Counted from the whole stretch's first letter, positions 24,492-38,450 are shown. The stretch: DNA of 63,021 nucleotides, filler included, from Sphacelaria rigidula (GCA_964200075.2; 11 parts of 11 records of this genome joined end to end with filler, not necessarily neighbours in it), one strand, 5' to 3'. A program made the numbers and translations. The notes: a model not told the origin generated them from the sequence alone.

Positions 24492-25691
24492 CTATAGCAT
24501 GCAGAACAATGAGTCCCCCCCCCCGCTCCGTCTCGAAAGGGATGCGCGATCAATGGTCAAACGACTAAGGCAAGCAACAAATGAGTACCTCCCCTTCTCC
24601 CCCTGGGAAGCGTGTCATGTTTTCTCCGTGATGTATACGCGCGGTAGGTACTTGACTTGCGGTGACTGGTCATTGTCCACTGTCATTCGTCGCAGCAGTG
24701 CATTCTGTGACAAAATACACCAAAACACTGACGTTGCTTTTTTTATCCATCCCCCCAATGTACCATTGGTTTAAGCTGTTGTTGTAGCAGTGCAGTGGGT
24801 ACTTAAGGCACTGCAACTTGTCGCGGTCCACGTTTATTCATGGCAGTTGTGTGCCTGTTGCGACAAAACAAACAAACAAACAAACACAAAAACACTGGAA
24901 ATATTTTGTTTTGAATAATGAATAATGCATCACTAGTTGTGTGTGAGGCAATGACAACTTGTTTACAGCCGAGAGCCTACGCGTACTTAAATCCCACCCG
25001 ATGTATGATCGGGCCCCGACGTGAGGCCCACAAAATGCTCGTTACACGGCTATAAAACTGCGTGCTCGTGCGCATACGTAGCGCTCTCGGTCGAAGTCGC
25101 ACATATCACCAATCAGTTTGGGCGGTGTAAAAGTAGTGGATTCAAATCCCGATTTTTAGTATTGTCTTTTCTCTTTTCTATTTACTGATCTGTCGGGGGC
25201 AATAATAAAAACGCGAATTAAGCCGAGAGTCGACGAACGACGACGGGCTGCGGGGTTGTTATAATAGTCCGATCCCTTTCAATGTCAGGCACGGTATGGT
25301 GCAGAAGATACCATGATCCCTACAAACTACGAGCTCGTCTGAAGGAAGGGGAAGGGTTGAAGAGTGTGATGAAAAAGGAAGCGGGCGGAAGGCGGAGTAC
25401 CGACACAGGGTTGACTTTTTCTGGGGAACGTTGCCCGCGTCGGTCTGGGTGCGTGGTCTTGTTGAGATGGAACCGTCAGCGATATGAGCACTTTTTTTTT
25501 TTTTCCACGTCTGTCCGCTCGTTTTTTTTTTTTTCGAAGCACGCATATCGCTGGGTTTTTTTTTGTAAGTCACAGACTATACGGTTTGAGCACTGCCCCT
25601 GTGGTTGTTGCTATTCTGTACGAAGTATGTACGAGTGTATATATATATTCCATATTTCTTGTCTCACGATGTCCCTCCTGCTGTCTCGTAG

Positions 25692-25806
25692 CTATGGTTT
25701 CGCGGTGGATATGTGGGCGGCGGGGGCCGTCATAGGGGAGATGCTGGCCAGCAGGCCGTTGTTTCAAGGCAGGAGTGACATCGACCAACTCCACAAGATC
25801 TTACAG
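25692..25806 (+). CDS. Single exon of a CMGC/CDK-family protein kinase (subdomains IX-X; CDK20-like)
   Basis: AG/GT-bounded exon encoding YGFAVDMWAAGAVIGEMLASRPLFQGRSDIDQLHKILQ. Confidence 0.85.
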
Positions 25807-27158
25807 GTGATGTAGTGCTGTGATCTGTAAATAGCTGGAAGTGAAGATATGTATTCTGATTCTTCGGCTGGCTACTGTTTCATCACGGTTCATGTATTGC
25901 GTACTGCTGCTGTGGCCATTGCATGCGTGAAGGTGACGATATCTACTTGACCATCTACACATATATTTTTTTATGCAATGATGCTTTTTTTGTTCGACGC
26001 CCAAAACACGCATGTAATATACGTGCGCCGTAGCGAGAGACATTTAGTTATATATATATATATATATATTGTTTCTCTGAAACCAACAACAGTTGAAAAA
26101 AAATGCAAAAAAGCACGTCGAATATCAGGCAAGCGGCTGAACCGAAAACCACCAGGTAACCGTGTGTACCATGTAAGGGGCCGGTCTCGCAGAGGTGTGC
26201 AATATGCGGTGGGATTTGGCTTGTGGTCGCTACGCCGTTTTAGGATGTTCGAGTGAGTCGGCGCAATCCCTATCGTTTCGCGTTCGTTTCATTCTTGGGA
26301 AGTTCAATCGTGTTCACGGATCACACGGCCAAAACGCCTCCACCCACTACCATGGCCTCCTTATGGGATAAGGGCGGGGTTCCAACCCCGAAAACCCCTA
26401 GCTATGCTCAGCGTATTTGCCTTCGTTGATCCAAGGCCCTGACTCCGTCGCGTGTGCAGGCGTTGTAGGCGCTGTCCTCGTCGACCTGAAAATCTCGTAT
26501 CCTCAGCAAAACCTTACAACAAAACAAAACGACGGACGCAGGTCCAATCTGTCAAACGACCACCGGAAGGACAGTCGGAAGGAAAAACGGACGCCTCAAA
26601 TGGCAGAGTCACCCCACTGAGAAACCAATTAGCAATTAATGCGAGCGACTATTTGCCCAAGTTTCAACTACAGTAATTTCCAAGGTAGGGAAAGTAACGT
26701 AACATTCAAATTAAACGGGGGAGGAAGCCTAGGGTCGATTCGCTTTTTCTTTTTTTAAACGCACGGGCACGCTCCTTTGATTCGCTTTTTTTTGTGTGTA
26801 TGTGCCACACCAACCAACGTACACCGAGAACGAGGCGGGGGAAAAATGAAGTTTCGCATGTACATAGTGTTTCGGCTGTTTTTGTCGAGCTTCTTTGTCT
26901 TTGGTTCCACACAGCAGGAGGAAAGCTCCCCTGTCTAAATCCACTACAAAATTCCATACAGTACAGTACGGCTTATTGTGTCCTTTTGCTTGGAAGGTGA
27001 ACATCCCCGTGTATGTTGAATTTGCACGCGAAAACGACCGGAGGGAAGTGTTGGCGTGATCACATGCTTGCCAGCCAGCCAGAGTTTACGAATGGTTTCC
27101 TGACCCTACGTTGCACTTTAATACCCAGGCGAATCGCGTGCATTCATTCATAAAATGA

Positions 27159-27774
27159 TAGAGTTGTGAGCTGGCTGCCTGTTTAACTGGTCAGTTTCAG
27201 TCAAGTGGTACAACTGGTTTGCTGACCGGTTTCGTAACCAGTTGAACCAGTTATTTTACCCGACATGTGTCATTCTCCAAAGCGTTCTGTGTAAATATAT
27301 CATGCTCATATCAATATTTCCGGAGAATTGTCCTATTACATTGACCGCTGGGATGCTGTTACAAAGGCGACGACATGACCGCACAGCGCATGTACCTAGA
27401 TGTCTCACCGCTTCATTTTTTTAATTCACGTCGCAAAGTTTAGAGACATTCCTTTTTCCCCATACATATCTACTTCTGTGCACTGATTACGTGCTCGAAT
27501 CGCTGGCGCTTGGCAGCTAGAATTTACCGCGATTTTGAATAGATATGAAGCCAAATGTCGTAATTTTATCGCCTCCGGCGGCGCCTCTAGCGGGCCCCCC
27601 TCACCACCCGGGGGGGGGGCGTTCAGGCGACTCCGCCGCGCTGCCCTACCAGGCAACACTGGCGGAGTCGCGAGGCGGCTTCGCCGCCCGATATCCAGTT
27701 TTGACTGGTAACTGTAACTGGTCGTAATTTTCTGCAACCAGTTAACTGGTTAGCCAAACCAGTTCACAACTCTA
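27159..27774. mobile_element. Non-autonomous hAT element
   Basis: TIRs TAGAGTTGTGAGCTGG / CCAGTTCACAACTCTA. Perfect 8-bp TSD TAAAATGA at 27151-27158 and 27775-27782. Subterminal AACTGG/CCAGTT repeats. Confidence 0.92.
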
Positions 27775-28693
27775 TAAAATGAGGCTCCCCCCGATATATC
27801 CCGAAGCCTGTCGTAGAGTTGTTGAAACCCTGGAGCAAGATTTGTTGCAAGTTGCGTTCGAAGAGCTTAGGCCAATTCTCATAGGTTTGGGGGGGGGGGG
27901 GATGTTGAAAACTGTCTGTTGGGACCCTTCTCCGTCGTTTTGCGCCCGAATAGAAGGCTAGGCGGGTGTTGACACCTTGGAATGACTCGCTCTACTCGTT
28001 GAGACCGTTTCAGGCCAACCTTGCGTTTCCCGCTGGCCGTAGTTTTTTTTTGTTGCCAAACTTGCATTTTCGATAAGAAACGGTAGAGTGATCAAAATCT
28101 GGACAGCATTTTGATCACTCAGCCGTTTGCCATCGAAAAAAATGTAAGTTTAACGGGAAAAGAAAAAATGTGACCTGATTGCCTAGCTTACGCAGTGAGT
28201 GCTGTGTTGTACAGCGTCGTAGCCGACCGATGCCAACCCCCAGGGGAGGGAATGTGTTGGTGTGGATCGCTCCTTCACGTACGACACGTAGGATAATTTT
28301 GGCAGGATAAGAATGATTTTTCCAAGTGGGGGCGGGAGTTTCAGATTTGAGGCGCACAAGGCTAAATCTTGCACACGTCAGACAGCTCATGAGCCACCGA
28401 AAATAACAAATCGAAGGGACTCTCAGACTGCTCATCCAAAGACACAAATTACGTGACAGCAGGGCCCGAGAAGCCAAAGCGCTACCTTTGCGCTTCTCCG
28501 CGTGCTCGGTGTCCAGCGCTGTAGGGAGAAAATATGGAAAAAGCGATCACATGAGCTAGCTCGTGATCCGGATCAGTACGCTAATAAGAAGTANNNNNNN
28601 NNNNNNNNNNNNNNNNNNNNNNNNNNNNNNNNNNNNNTTAATTAATTAANNNNNNNNNNNNNNNNNNNNNNNNNNNNNNNNNNNNNNNNNNNN

Positions 28694-29640
28694 CCGATGC
28701 GAATTTCGGGTGCAACGCATACCAAACAAACTGAATAGGCATTGTGAATGTGCACCGACGTTCTCCGAACCGATCGCTAGAGAAGCGAGTACTCGTCACT
28801 GCGGTACCATATCTACAGGGCTGGACGGGACAGATTGTGTCCCGTGTCCGCAGGAACCAGCAAGGATTCTGTTGGACGTCCAGAACTAGTGAGGATGGTT
28901 GGCGATTACCGCCGGATGCAACTGCTATTTGAACACATGAACTCACCAATAGCTTCGCTGTGTGCGTCACGCCGGCTGTAGTACCCGGCGGACAACCTCG
29001 CTACCGCGAAGGGAAACGCCGGTGTTGTCGAGGACTCACGAGGCTCTGCGATGCGCATGTCTAGAACGCACGGCACCGATCACTTACCCGACCGAGGTGC
29101 ACGAAGTCAATGTTCCACCATTTTAGTCGTGCAGAGTCTACGTGCTCGCACTCTGCTTGGTTTCTGAGGATATATCCCGATAAAGGAGTCACCCCTGGCG
29201 TGGGCCCGCTGCGACGTGGAACGAAAGTGGGACCAAGGTGTTGACGGGTGACGGGGGCACAATATCGGCATGGATGGACTGTTTACAGCTAGTAGACCGT
29301 GTTCACAAGGATGGCCCCGAATCCCTTCAGTTTGAAAGGACACGTGGCGAAGGGTGGCGCGTACCGGCGGATGAACCGGCGCTTCGGGTTTGTGAAGTTG
29401 TCAACACCGTCGCTTTATTGATGAAATCAATGGAAGAAACGGAGTTGGGCGTCCCTCCGTCGTTTCGCCTCAATATCTGCATCGCGCATGACCTCTCCGA
29501 TATGGATATGTTGTTATCGCCAACGAGGGAATCCAGTAATATACCTCTCCTAGGAGCGCGAGGTGATACTCGCGTACGTCCACCGGCAAGATTCGGTGCC
29601 GCCTGCCGTTCCTCGCGTGGGCTGTCGAGTTGATGCGATA
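28694..29640 (+). pseudogene. Possible decayed MULE-type transposase
   Basis: Broken frames read DANFGCNAY..IGIVNV (resembles the first-D motif D.T..TN.Y...GV), then MVGD and AWARC. Many stops; recognised by eye only. Confidence 0.35.
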
Positions 29641-29854
29641 GCGGATGACTACGTGTCAGCCAAGATTGTTTCCTTCCCCGAAGCGCGTACAGAATAGGAT
29701 ACCCAATGTACCGGCAGCCTTTTGCTAGATTTTTAAGGGGGAGGAGTGACCGTTGGGAGGACTCGGAGGACTCGCATGCTTCTTTGTCGGTGTGGCTGAG
29801 CTCGGTCGACATGGGAGACTCGGAGCCGATCGAGATGGCTCTGAAGGGGAAGGC

Positions 29855-29977
29855 GGGGGGGGGGGGGGGGGGGGGGGGGAGGCACTCATGATCTTGCGTG
29901 CCGTAGTCATTGGACCAGTGTCCTCGCATCCCTACGAAACCGGCACGGAGCACGCCGAGTATTCGCCGGACCAGGCT
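29855..29977 (-). mobile_element. Poly-C-terminated ~105-bp interspersed repeat
   Basis: Family members at 40170-40275, 45908-45957, 51646-51720 and 57775-57805. Subfamily at 24490-24605 and 30845-30915. Confidence 0.8.
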
Positions 29978-31884
29978 CGCACTCAATCACCAAGCTCGGA
30001 GCGCCGTAGTGTGCTCCGCGAGTCGCATGAAGAGTGAGCTGCATCCTGCCAAGATTGCTCGGCCAGAAGCGCACTGATGATCTTGCATTTAGATGACAGC
30101 CTCGAATGAGTTGCTTTATTTTCTGGTATCGCCACTTCTAGAGACAGCCATGGGGTACACCCTGCCTCATAGGTGTCTCATCATCGATGGCTCATGGGGG
30201 AGGGGGGGGGGGGTACAGTAGCCTAGCGGGTATCGGTATTTCACTGTTTTTTTTTTTGCTTTTCGTACAATATCCTCCCCGTTTTACCGTTTTTGCCAAG
30301 TTGAATTTTGCACTCATGCCATGAAATGTTGGCATGTATATATTTGGGATTCGGCTTTATTCGTAGTGCTCTTCCGGAGGCTTCAAGTCATGTCCACGCA
30401 GAGTATTTTGCGTCGTGGAGCGGAGTCGCGATACAGCACTAAGAATAATACAGTAGAACAGATGCAATTATGGCGGTACACAGGGGATACAGGCATAGCA
30501 AGCTGCTCCGTTCGACAATGCCAGCAAATGCTGACGTGGTGCCGGTGGGGGTTATCCATTGAGTGGTATTTTGGAGGGGATACAACGTTTGTGGTGTGTA
30601 AAACGAAGGGCCCGCGGGTAGTTGAGCGTGCCGACCCTTCTTGTTTGGCTGAAATATCCCGTTTCCGAGATCGTAACGTGGTGACTTCGAAGAGCAGGCT
30701 AGGCGAGCGCAATGCGAAGCGACCGCTCTGCGGCGAGAAGTCGGCAGGCAGGACGCCGTGAATCAGGTCGGTAGGACGCTGTCCCGATTTGTTTGTTGTC
30801 TGCGGATTTTGCAGGCTCGAACACCTCGTGTCGGGTGAATCCAGAAGGGGGTGTACTCATTTGTTGCTTGCCTTAGTCGTTTGACCATTGACCACGCATA
30901 CCTTCCGAGACAGCCGAAGATGGAAAACGTGTTCCGGTATCGAAATGAGTCATGCATGCCATCTATTCGACATTTTTTTCAGCCCAGGATGTACTTCTGC
31001 CGTAATCATCATGGAGTTTTTGAAATTAGAAATTTTTAGAGGAGAAAAAATCAACACTTCTTTTCACGAGTATGACCTTCGAAATTTTGGAGGAAAAAAT
31101 ATGTTTCGATTGTCAAAATTCTCACCGATAGCGCCTTCGCTGCTCCTTATATATACGGGAGAGAGCAAACGGAAATCGTAGAGGACGTGAGACGCATCAA
31201 AGTACGGAAACTGATGTTGAAGTTTTTAGGCTGTTGGACATCGCCGTTAACGTTCCCCCTTTATAGACCCACCACCGGGCTTGTGATGGGCACGCTGCGG
31301 TGGTACCGTGGGCAACAAACCGCAGATAGTGAGACATTTGGGCGAAGTTGTCGGTCGGCATTTTTTATTTTGTACAACGCAGTAAACTGTGCCGAGGCGT
31401 GCATGGAATGCAGACACACTGAAGAGCGCAGGAGAGAGGGTAACAAAAACCTGAACTCGTACCCCGCTCTCGAATCGCGTAGATCATATCATGTACGTAC
31501 ACTAGGGCGCGAGAAGTTCAATATCATCGTGCCGAAAACGTCTTCCGCAGGGTGCTGCGACCCACCACGCAACCCTTCACAATCGAGGTTGTCAGAGCCC
31601 CCGACTCGTGTTTGTTGCCGAAGCGGAGAGGTCCAATACACCCTAAACTTTACAGGCTGCCGGCACCCGACGCGGGGAGCTTCATTTCCACCACCGCGAA
31701 CACCTGTGCCAGCTCCCCTTCCGCTGGCGCTGGAGGACCCCCCACCGTGGGTCTTCCCACAACCCAATTTAATTTGGTCTCCTCGCCGCTCGCGTGACCC
31801 GTTCTCGCGCTAATGTGAAATAACGTAGCTGGTGCTCACGTCGTTGCGGACCTCGCTGATGGGTTATTTTTCAATCGTCGGACA

Positions 31885-32985
31885 ACTCGTGAGCTAGGTC
31901 ATCTGCGGGCTGTATAGCTCACTTGTAATCAAAGATATGAGCTACGCCCGATAGCTCACGCAGGGTAAACATGCGCTGATGAGCTACGGGTTGGTAGCTC
32001 ACCCGGGACAAATATTTGTAGCTCAAGTAGGCACACATGCGTAGCTCATGTAGCTCTCGTAGCCCACCCAGGGCAAACATGCGTAGCTCATGTAGCTCTC
32101 GTAGCCCACCCAGGGCAAACATGCGTAGCTCATGTAGCTCTCGTAGCCCACCCAGGGCAAACATGCGTAGCTCATGTAGCTCTCGTAGCCCACCCTAGAC
32201 CCTGGCCTGTCAAGGTTCGCCTGAAAAATGCCCGAACTACTGTTTCCGGGAAGAAAGCACACTGCAGTGCAGTGAGGAACAATGCACAGGGGTATCTATC
32301 ACGGTGCATTGGGTCGCGGTACGGTACAGCGGTATACATACAACACGATGGTACTTCCACAAGAAAGAAGAGGCAAGCCGCACGGCAACGATTAACTTCA
32401 CCATGTCTCCCACAACGATGGCGGTAGGCGCCCATGACCTCTAACGGAACGGCAGTGAAGGATTGCTGCTGTGCGGTACGAGTAGACTACGAAATCGTTC
32501 ACACCGTCTTCTAGCTGAACACGCACACGAGACTGGAAACAATACCGTAGCTTTACCCGAGCAAACGCCTTGTGCGCGCCGAGCTTTTCAATTTCACCCT
32601 AACACAACAAAGCGAATGCTACAGTAGTACCATTGCGGCTGGGAAGTAGCCTGCTGTGACGGCAAACGTTACTACTTCGTGACCCGTGCCTACTTCGGCT
32701 TGGGGCTCATCAATCGTGAACACACGAAGCTTACGTAGCTCGCATAGCTCACCCAGGGCAAACGTGCGTAACTCATGTAGCTTTTTATAGCTGACCCAGG
32801 ACAAGCATGCATAGCTCATGTAACGTTCATAGCTCACTCACCGAGGGCGAATATACGTTGATAAGCTACGGGTTAATATAGGTCATCTAAGGCAAAACAT
32901 GCATAGCTCATGTAGCTCTCATAGCTCAGTAGGGAGTAAAGCTAAAAAAGAAGCTAGCTCGAGCTACAGGGAGCTGATCTGTCCG
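31885..32985. repeat. TAGCTC-rich element with a perfect 42-bp tandem array (32035-32194, ~3.8 copies)
   Basis: Unit ACATGCGTAGCTCATGTAGCTCTCGTAGCCCACCCAGGGCAA. Degenerate units recur at ~31915-32030 and ~32720-32980. Confidence 0.75.
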
Positions 32986-33309
32986 GCGTGTGTGGTTTTT
33001 TGTTCCAGATTATTTTGTCGCTGTAAAGACTGTGTCGTTGGAGTGTCACAACCGCTGTGTTTTAGGGCGGTGTTGACATCTGCTTGTCCCCACGCCGCCG
33101 ATCTCTGTTGCGAGCGTGTGCCCACCTGTTCTAGATAACAAAGGGATCACGCGGCACCTTCGTCATCGAGCGCCCCCTGCACTCTCACTTCTACCGTGTG
33201 CACGCTAGCCACATTGTCCAAGAAAAACGGGGCGGAAGTACTGAACAGCCTCCTTTAAAGCAATATAACAGATTTCCCAACATCTCAACGTGTCCTACTA
33301 CACTTAGGG

Positions 33310-33678
33310 CGGTCGCCCCGGTGGCTCAGCTGGTAACCTCGAAATATTCTGACAGTTGGGTCGTGGGTTCGAAAAGTCGATCTGATATTTGTTTCTTACA
33401 CCTTGCCCAAGGGTGGAGAGCGACTATGCCGTGGGTACGCAAAATTCGAGTTCAACGGTCGACGAGGGAAAGGGACTGCTGAGCCCCTCTCTCGAGACAA
33501 AATAAAGGCAAGCACCGCAGAGGGAAGGTTAAGTACTAGGAACAAGAGATGAAAATAAGAGAGAATAATTCTTGAGTTGGCCTTCCTCCTGTGTGATCCC
33601 GGCTGATGCGCCTACATACACCGAAAGGTGTAGACTGCTATTCTAAATGAATGGGATGACAACACACACAACAACACT
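33310..33678 (+). mobile_element. tRNA-derived SINE family 1, full length
   Basis: A box TGGCTCAGCTGG, B box GGTTCGAA, shared body and (CAA/CA)n tail. Other copies at 54316-54682 (-), ~51955-52195 (+, partial) and 14452-14600 (-). Confidence 0.85.
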
Positions 33679-34542
33679 GTAGACCAATATGCACAAGAAG
33701 TCGACGTAGTTTTTCCAAAAGACCTGCTCCGACGCGTTGGGGAGAAGCGTCGTCATACGGAGCAGGCTGTATTCTCATTGTCGTCGCCGCGACTTTGGAA
33801 GGAAGGTGCGCCGTATGCACGCTCCCTGTGAAGGCTGCCATTGAATGGTGGCCTCTGAATTGATGGCTTCCGCTCTCCCAGTGTGGTGCTGCAACACCCT
33901 GGCGGGGTGAGTGCCTTGTGTGTACTTGGCAAGATCTCTGATGTTGTGATCGTAACAGCATTCGTCAAGCCAACGAGACTATCGGCCGCCGAGTGAGGCG
34001 GCCATCATGGGCCATGCGAGCAGCGACAAGTACTACAGAGTATGCACGGCTTAACGTCGCAACTCTCCAGGCGACGCGTCCTTGCGCACACGCTCGTGAC
34101 TGTCTTCGCACCCGGCGCCAGGGCGGGGTAGTAGTAATCCGGGACGTGCGCCATGTCCTTGTGCTCGCTTCTCGTTGTGGCGGCGGGGGTAGATCGATGC
34201 CCCATTCCAGAATCACGTACAAGATTGACCTCTGACAAATGTTAATTTTCTATCAGCCGAAGCACCCCCGATAATCCCTCTTCTCCCCCCCCCCCCCCCC
34301 CCCACCCCCCCCTCCCCCCCCGTACACCCACNNNNNNNNNNNNNNNNNNNNNNNNNNNNNNNNNNNNNNNNNNNNTTAATTAATTAANNNNNNNNNNNNN
34401 NNNNNNNNNNNNNNNNNNNNNNNNNNNNNNNCGGCCAACGAGCAGCTCAACGAGTGCGAGTGCCACGAGTGACACTCGTGCTCGTCCGACGAATGGTACA
34501 TTCCGCGCAACACACAACGGAAATGCCGTCGTGTGTCTCATC

Positions 34543-34582
34543 TATGTATGCATGTATGTATGTATGTATGTATGTATATATG

Positions 34583-34616
<34 letters not shown>

Positions 34617-34660
34617 TGTATGTATGTATGTATGTATGTATGTATGTATGTATGTATGCA
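34543..34660. repeat. (TATG)n microsatellite
   Basis: Visible directly; a similar tract lies at ~59485-59575. Confidence 0.95.
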
Positions 34661-34745
34661 TACAGGCAGCACTTTTATTCCCTTCCCTTTTTTGATTCTC
34701 TCTGCGCTTTTCTCGGACAAATAAAAATGAAAAAAAACCCTACAG

Positions 34746-34883
34746 GGATGCAGCGAATCCAGGCATGAACATGGTGGTGGTGGAAGGCGGCCCCAAGGCT
34801 GTGCGCGCGTACATCAAGCTCATGACACGGCGCATACGCTGGGGGGAGGATGACTTTGGAGATGGCGACTCCGATTCTGATAG
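34746..34883 (+). CDS. PRPF3: Exon of U4/U6 snRNP protein Prp3 (C-terminal domain)
   Basis: AG/GT-bounded exon encoding MNMVVVEGGPKAVRAYIKLMTRRIRW, the Prp3 VVVEGG.K....Y..LM..RI.W motif. Confidence 0.88.
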
Positions 34884-35399
34884 GTACGTGCACTACTACC
34901 GTAGGTTACGGAGGAAAATGCATGAGCGACAGACGGATCGCAGATGACCGCTGGGAATATGTGGAGAACAAGTGATTTAGTCGAACGAGTATGTGCGTCG
35001 CTACAGTACTTGGGGACAATGGAAAGTCACGGTATATTGTAACTGATAGTGGCACTTGCACACAGAGAGATGGTCAGCTGGAGCGTCGGGAGTTACCGGC
35101 CTTGAGGTTCAGCCGGAAGTATAGTTCCGAAAAAAAGAGAGAAGCCTGGCGTCAAAGGTGTCGAGTTACCTGGGCCGGCGTTGTACTTGATTCCGGCGAA
35201 GCAAAGATGATTGGGTCCAGCCAAGCGAGGTCTCAACGCCCCATTGTTGCTATTTCACTTATTATAGTGAGCAGGCATTATGTGTCTTCTTGCATGGTGA
35301 TCTTCACTATGCTTTCCGTGAAAGCCCTCTCCTGTACTGACGGCATGAACTGGTGTGGTTGCTAGTGTGGCGTGGTTCATAAAAAAAAAATGTCTGCTT

Positions 35400-38300
35400 C
35401 GTTTAGCGTTTCCACCAGCTGGATTGGTCAGCTCATGTTGCCGAAGTATCACGGAGCGCAGCACACGGTACGGCCGAATGTGCTTTACAGTGACTTGATC
35501 TCCAGCACAGTTTCAGATGGAAATCATGGAACTTGTATTGGTGGAATGCTTGCTTTCTCAATATGGTAGCATCGTTCTTCACGACTGGGTCGAGACAAGT
35601 GGCTTGTCAGAGGTTGTCTGGCTATGGATATGCTCTTCGCAATCAAGAACGACACATTTTTGTATTCGTAACCCAGCAGGCTGCTTGCTGCTCCATCATC
35701 GAGGTCGAAAAATGATCATTGGGTATGCCGTGACCCTGGGTTGTGGGATATGTTCACCTCTCTCATGGCAGAGCGTGCTACTCGTGCGAGATCTGCTTCG
35801 AACGAATATTCGTACTCGTTTCTTCGGTTAGGGGGGTCAAAGACATTTTCGATCATGGGTGTGAAGAAGTGTGCGTCGATGGAGACCCAGCAGCCCGTAA
35901 GGGGTTGAACAACCCTCTCACCACGAAGGTGCTTGGATCTTCTGCTGCAGGGCCATTTGTCCGAACGAGTTGACTCCCGAAACGTCCGTATCGTGAGATG
36001 CGTTGACCCGAGTAGGAAATTTCCTACAAGTAGGGGCTGCGAACCGGCCTGTGACCGCAGAAGGAAACACTCGTTGCTTTTCACGAATAAAATCGCTCGC
36101 TAGAAGGGTTTTTCTATGAAAAATCAGGGTCAGGCTGTCGTTCAATGCCCCCTTTCTTGCCGGCGCGTTTTTAATTTCATGCCCCCCCCCTGCGTTCCCC
36201 CTCTCCCCTCTGCCCCCCATGGACACTATGGTTTCCGTTGAATCATTTGGTTTCGTATGATACAGCATCTTGTCCCTCTTTTTTACTACGTGCGGTCGCA
36301 TTTTTTCGTTTACTGAAAAAAAAGTGTGTTGCGCAAGTTTTGATTCGAATCTTGTCTATATCGTATTTGCCTTTTTTTTCTGCGGTCATTTTTTGCCTTT
36401 GACAGCGAAGACGAGTCGGCGAAACCAGCGTTGTCCGGAAATATGTGCGAGCTGGTGTGGCAGGGTACGGTACAGGCACGATCCTTCAACGCGTTCAAAT
36501 TTCAGGTGGGCGTGTAGTGTAGCGTTTTGTTGGTACACTGACCGCACATACCCGACAGATGAAGAAATATCTCGATTTCAAGCATTTATTTCACAACAGT
36601 ACGTGCTCCCGGGCGGAATTGGTTCAACTTTCATCTGTTTGTTGTACTTTTTAACCACACCCAGGACGATAAATAACATTGTCAAGAAGTGTACTGCGTA
36701 TAGTACGGAATATATAGTCCATCGCAATTGACACAATAGTCGATACTGTACGGTGTACACGTTTTGACACTTGAGTCGATCGTCCAGGGTACGCCCTGAA
36801 GATGCACTGATGGACGAAGAAGCCTCGCATTGTATTCTGCTCGGAGGTACCGTGATACCGTGAATGCGTTGGTCTTTCAGACGGGGGTTTCCGTTCCCAC
36901 CCAGCACCCAACGAATACGTGCTGCTGCTCTTCCTAATGAACTCTGCGTGCCAGTTAAGGCATCATGAGAAGCTGATTTTTATTGTTTGAATCCTTCGGT
37001 TTGGGGGTTTTTCATTGCACTTCGGTCCTGATCACAGATGATATCGCCATGGCCATTTTATAGACCTTTTGCTCCACCCCGCCGAGAGGGGTCTAGCCTA
37101 CTTGTCCGATTCGCTAGGCTTGGCCCTGATAATGACGCGCGTAACCAAAATCCAACTGATCAATGGAAATACATGGAGACGATATGAAGAGCTTGCGATT
37201 ATCACCGTAGACACCACATGTCTTCATTTCTGGATACAGTTTCGTTCAAGTGCTGGTGATGGCCTCTTTCCTGCCTTCTTCTGTCCCCTATTTCTCGTCA
37301 TGGATGTTCATTTTGTTTGTACTCAAAACCCTGCCGGTCGAAGTAAACTGACATCTCCCGATGTAAAGAGCCCATTGTTGGTTGCTTTCAATTCATTCAT
37401 CACAGGGTAACAAGCAGTGGTTTCGTAGGGAGACACTAGAGCAGTGAAGAAAACGATTTCACAACCCAAATCACCGTCTTTTGGTAGAGAAGTTGATGAG
37501 GTAGGTCACAGTCTGGCTTCATTTGTTCTGCTTGTTCTATGACAACAGCCCATGGTTTAATGCGTATATATCCGACATGATCTTGGCGTGCCGGAGTATC
37601 AAATCGAGCATTCCTTTTAATCACTCACTGAAACACACTCGAGGTATGATGGAGCGTGGCCGCCGAAGGACGGCGTCTCCAGTGTCTCTCGTAGACTGCG
37701 GCCAGAACCGTCTGTACGCCGTATGGGTGAACTAGGGCAGGTTCATTTGTTTTCGTAGGTTTGGGCATGGAGTTGAGTAGACTTGGTTGTAGCCCAGGCT
37801 TGTCTAGGGTCACGAAAATCAACAAATACAGGTATAAGACGGGCCCCTTCGGGTTCCGTCGTTCAACGTCCCTGTCGGTCCGATCTTCACCGTGACACAG
37901 ATGTCTCTCGATCGTCTGTGCATGTTGTAGCATCGATTTCCGATATCCACAAACAAACATGCCTTTCACATGATGGAATTGTTTTACCCAACATGTGTCG
38001 GGAGCGTGCTCCCCTTTCGCATCTAGGTCACATACCCTTTTTCCCTCCCCCTGAAAAAAATAACAACAGGAGTGCAAATCTCCGGAGACCGCACGGAAGG
38101 TACTGGAGGAGAAGGGCGTCGCGCACCTGTGGGACATGGTGGTGGCCAGTGCCAAGGCCGCAAGAGCGTCTGCAGCGAGTGCTGCGGACACGTGGACGTC
38201 TGTAGGAGGATATTGATTTATGCGACTTGGTAGGGGAGATATAAGCGGGTTATCGATCGATTGGACGTGTTGTCGACCGATAATTCGCGCAAAATGAATT

Positions 38301-38450
38301 TTATTTTGGCAGTGGGCCAATTTATTGTTCAGCATGCAGTGGATTTTTCGAGTGCGTTGTGGGTGGGCGAGGGGTCTCGCCGCCAACTGTCTCGGATACC
38401 GATCGATCATGAAATGGTCATGGCCCCTCGACATACGCTTGTGGTGATAC
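35400..38450 (-). pseudogene. Heavily decayed intronless coding relic, possibly a MULE-like transposon
   Basis: Consecutive broken minus-strand frames with Cys/His clusters (CYFF..VCDL.AKGEH; VYTV..NC). No diagnostic motif is intact. Confidence 0.25.

Noticed and set aside
32035..32194. Possible CRISPR-like array (also 53392-53660 and 13070-13212)
   Set aside because: The units are contiguous tandem repeats without unique spacers, there are no cas genes, and the context is eukaryotic.
33310..33385. tRNA gene (also ~20840-20911 and ~54610-54682)
   Set aside because: A and B boxes are present but I could not form a complete cloverleaf, and each continues into a shared repeat body. These are SINE heads.
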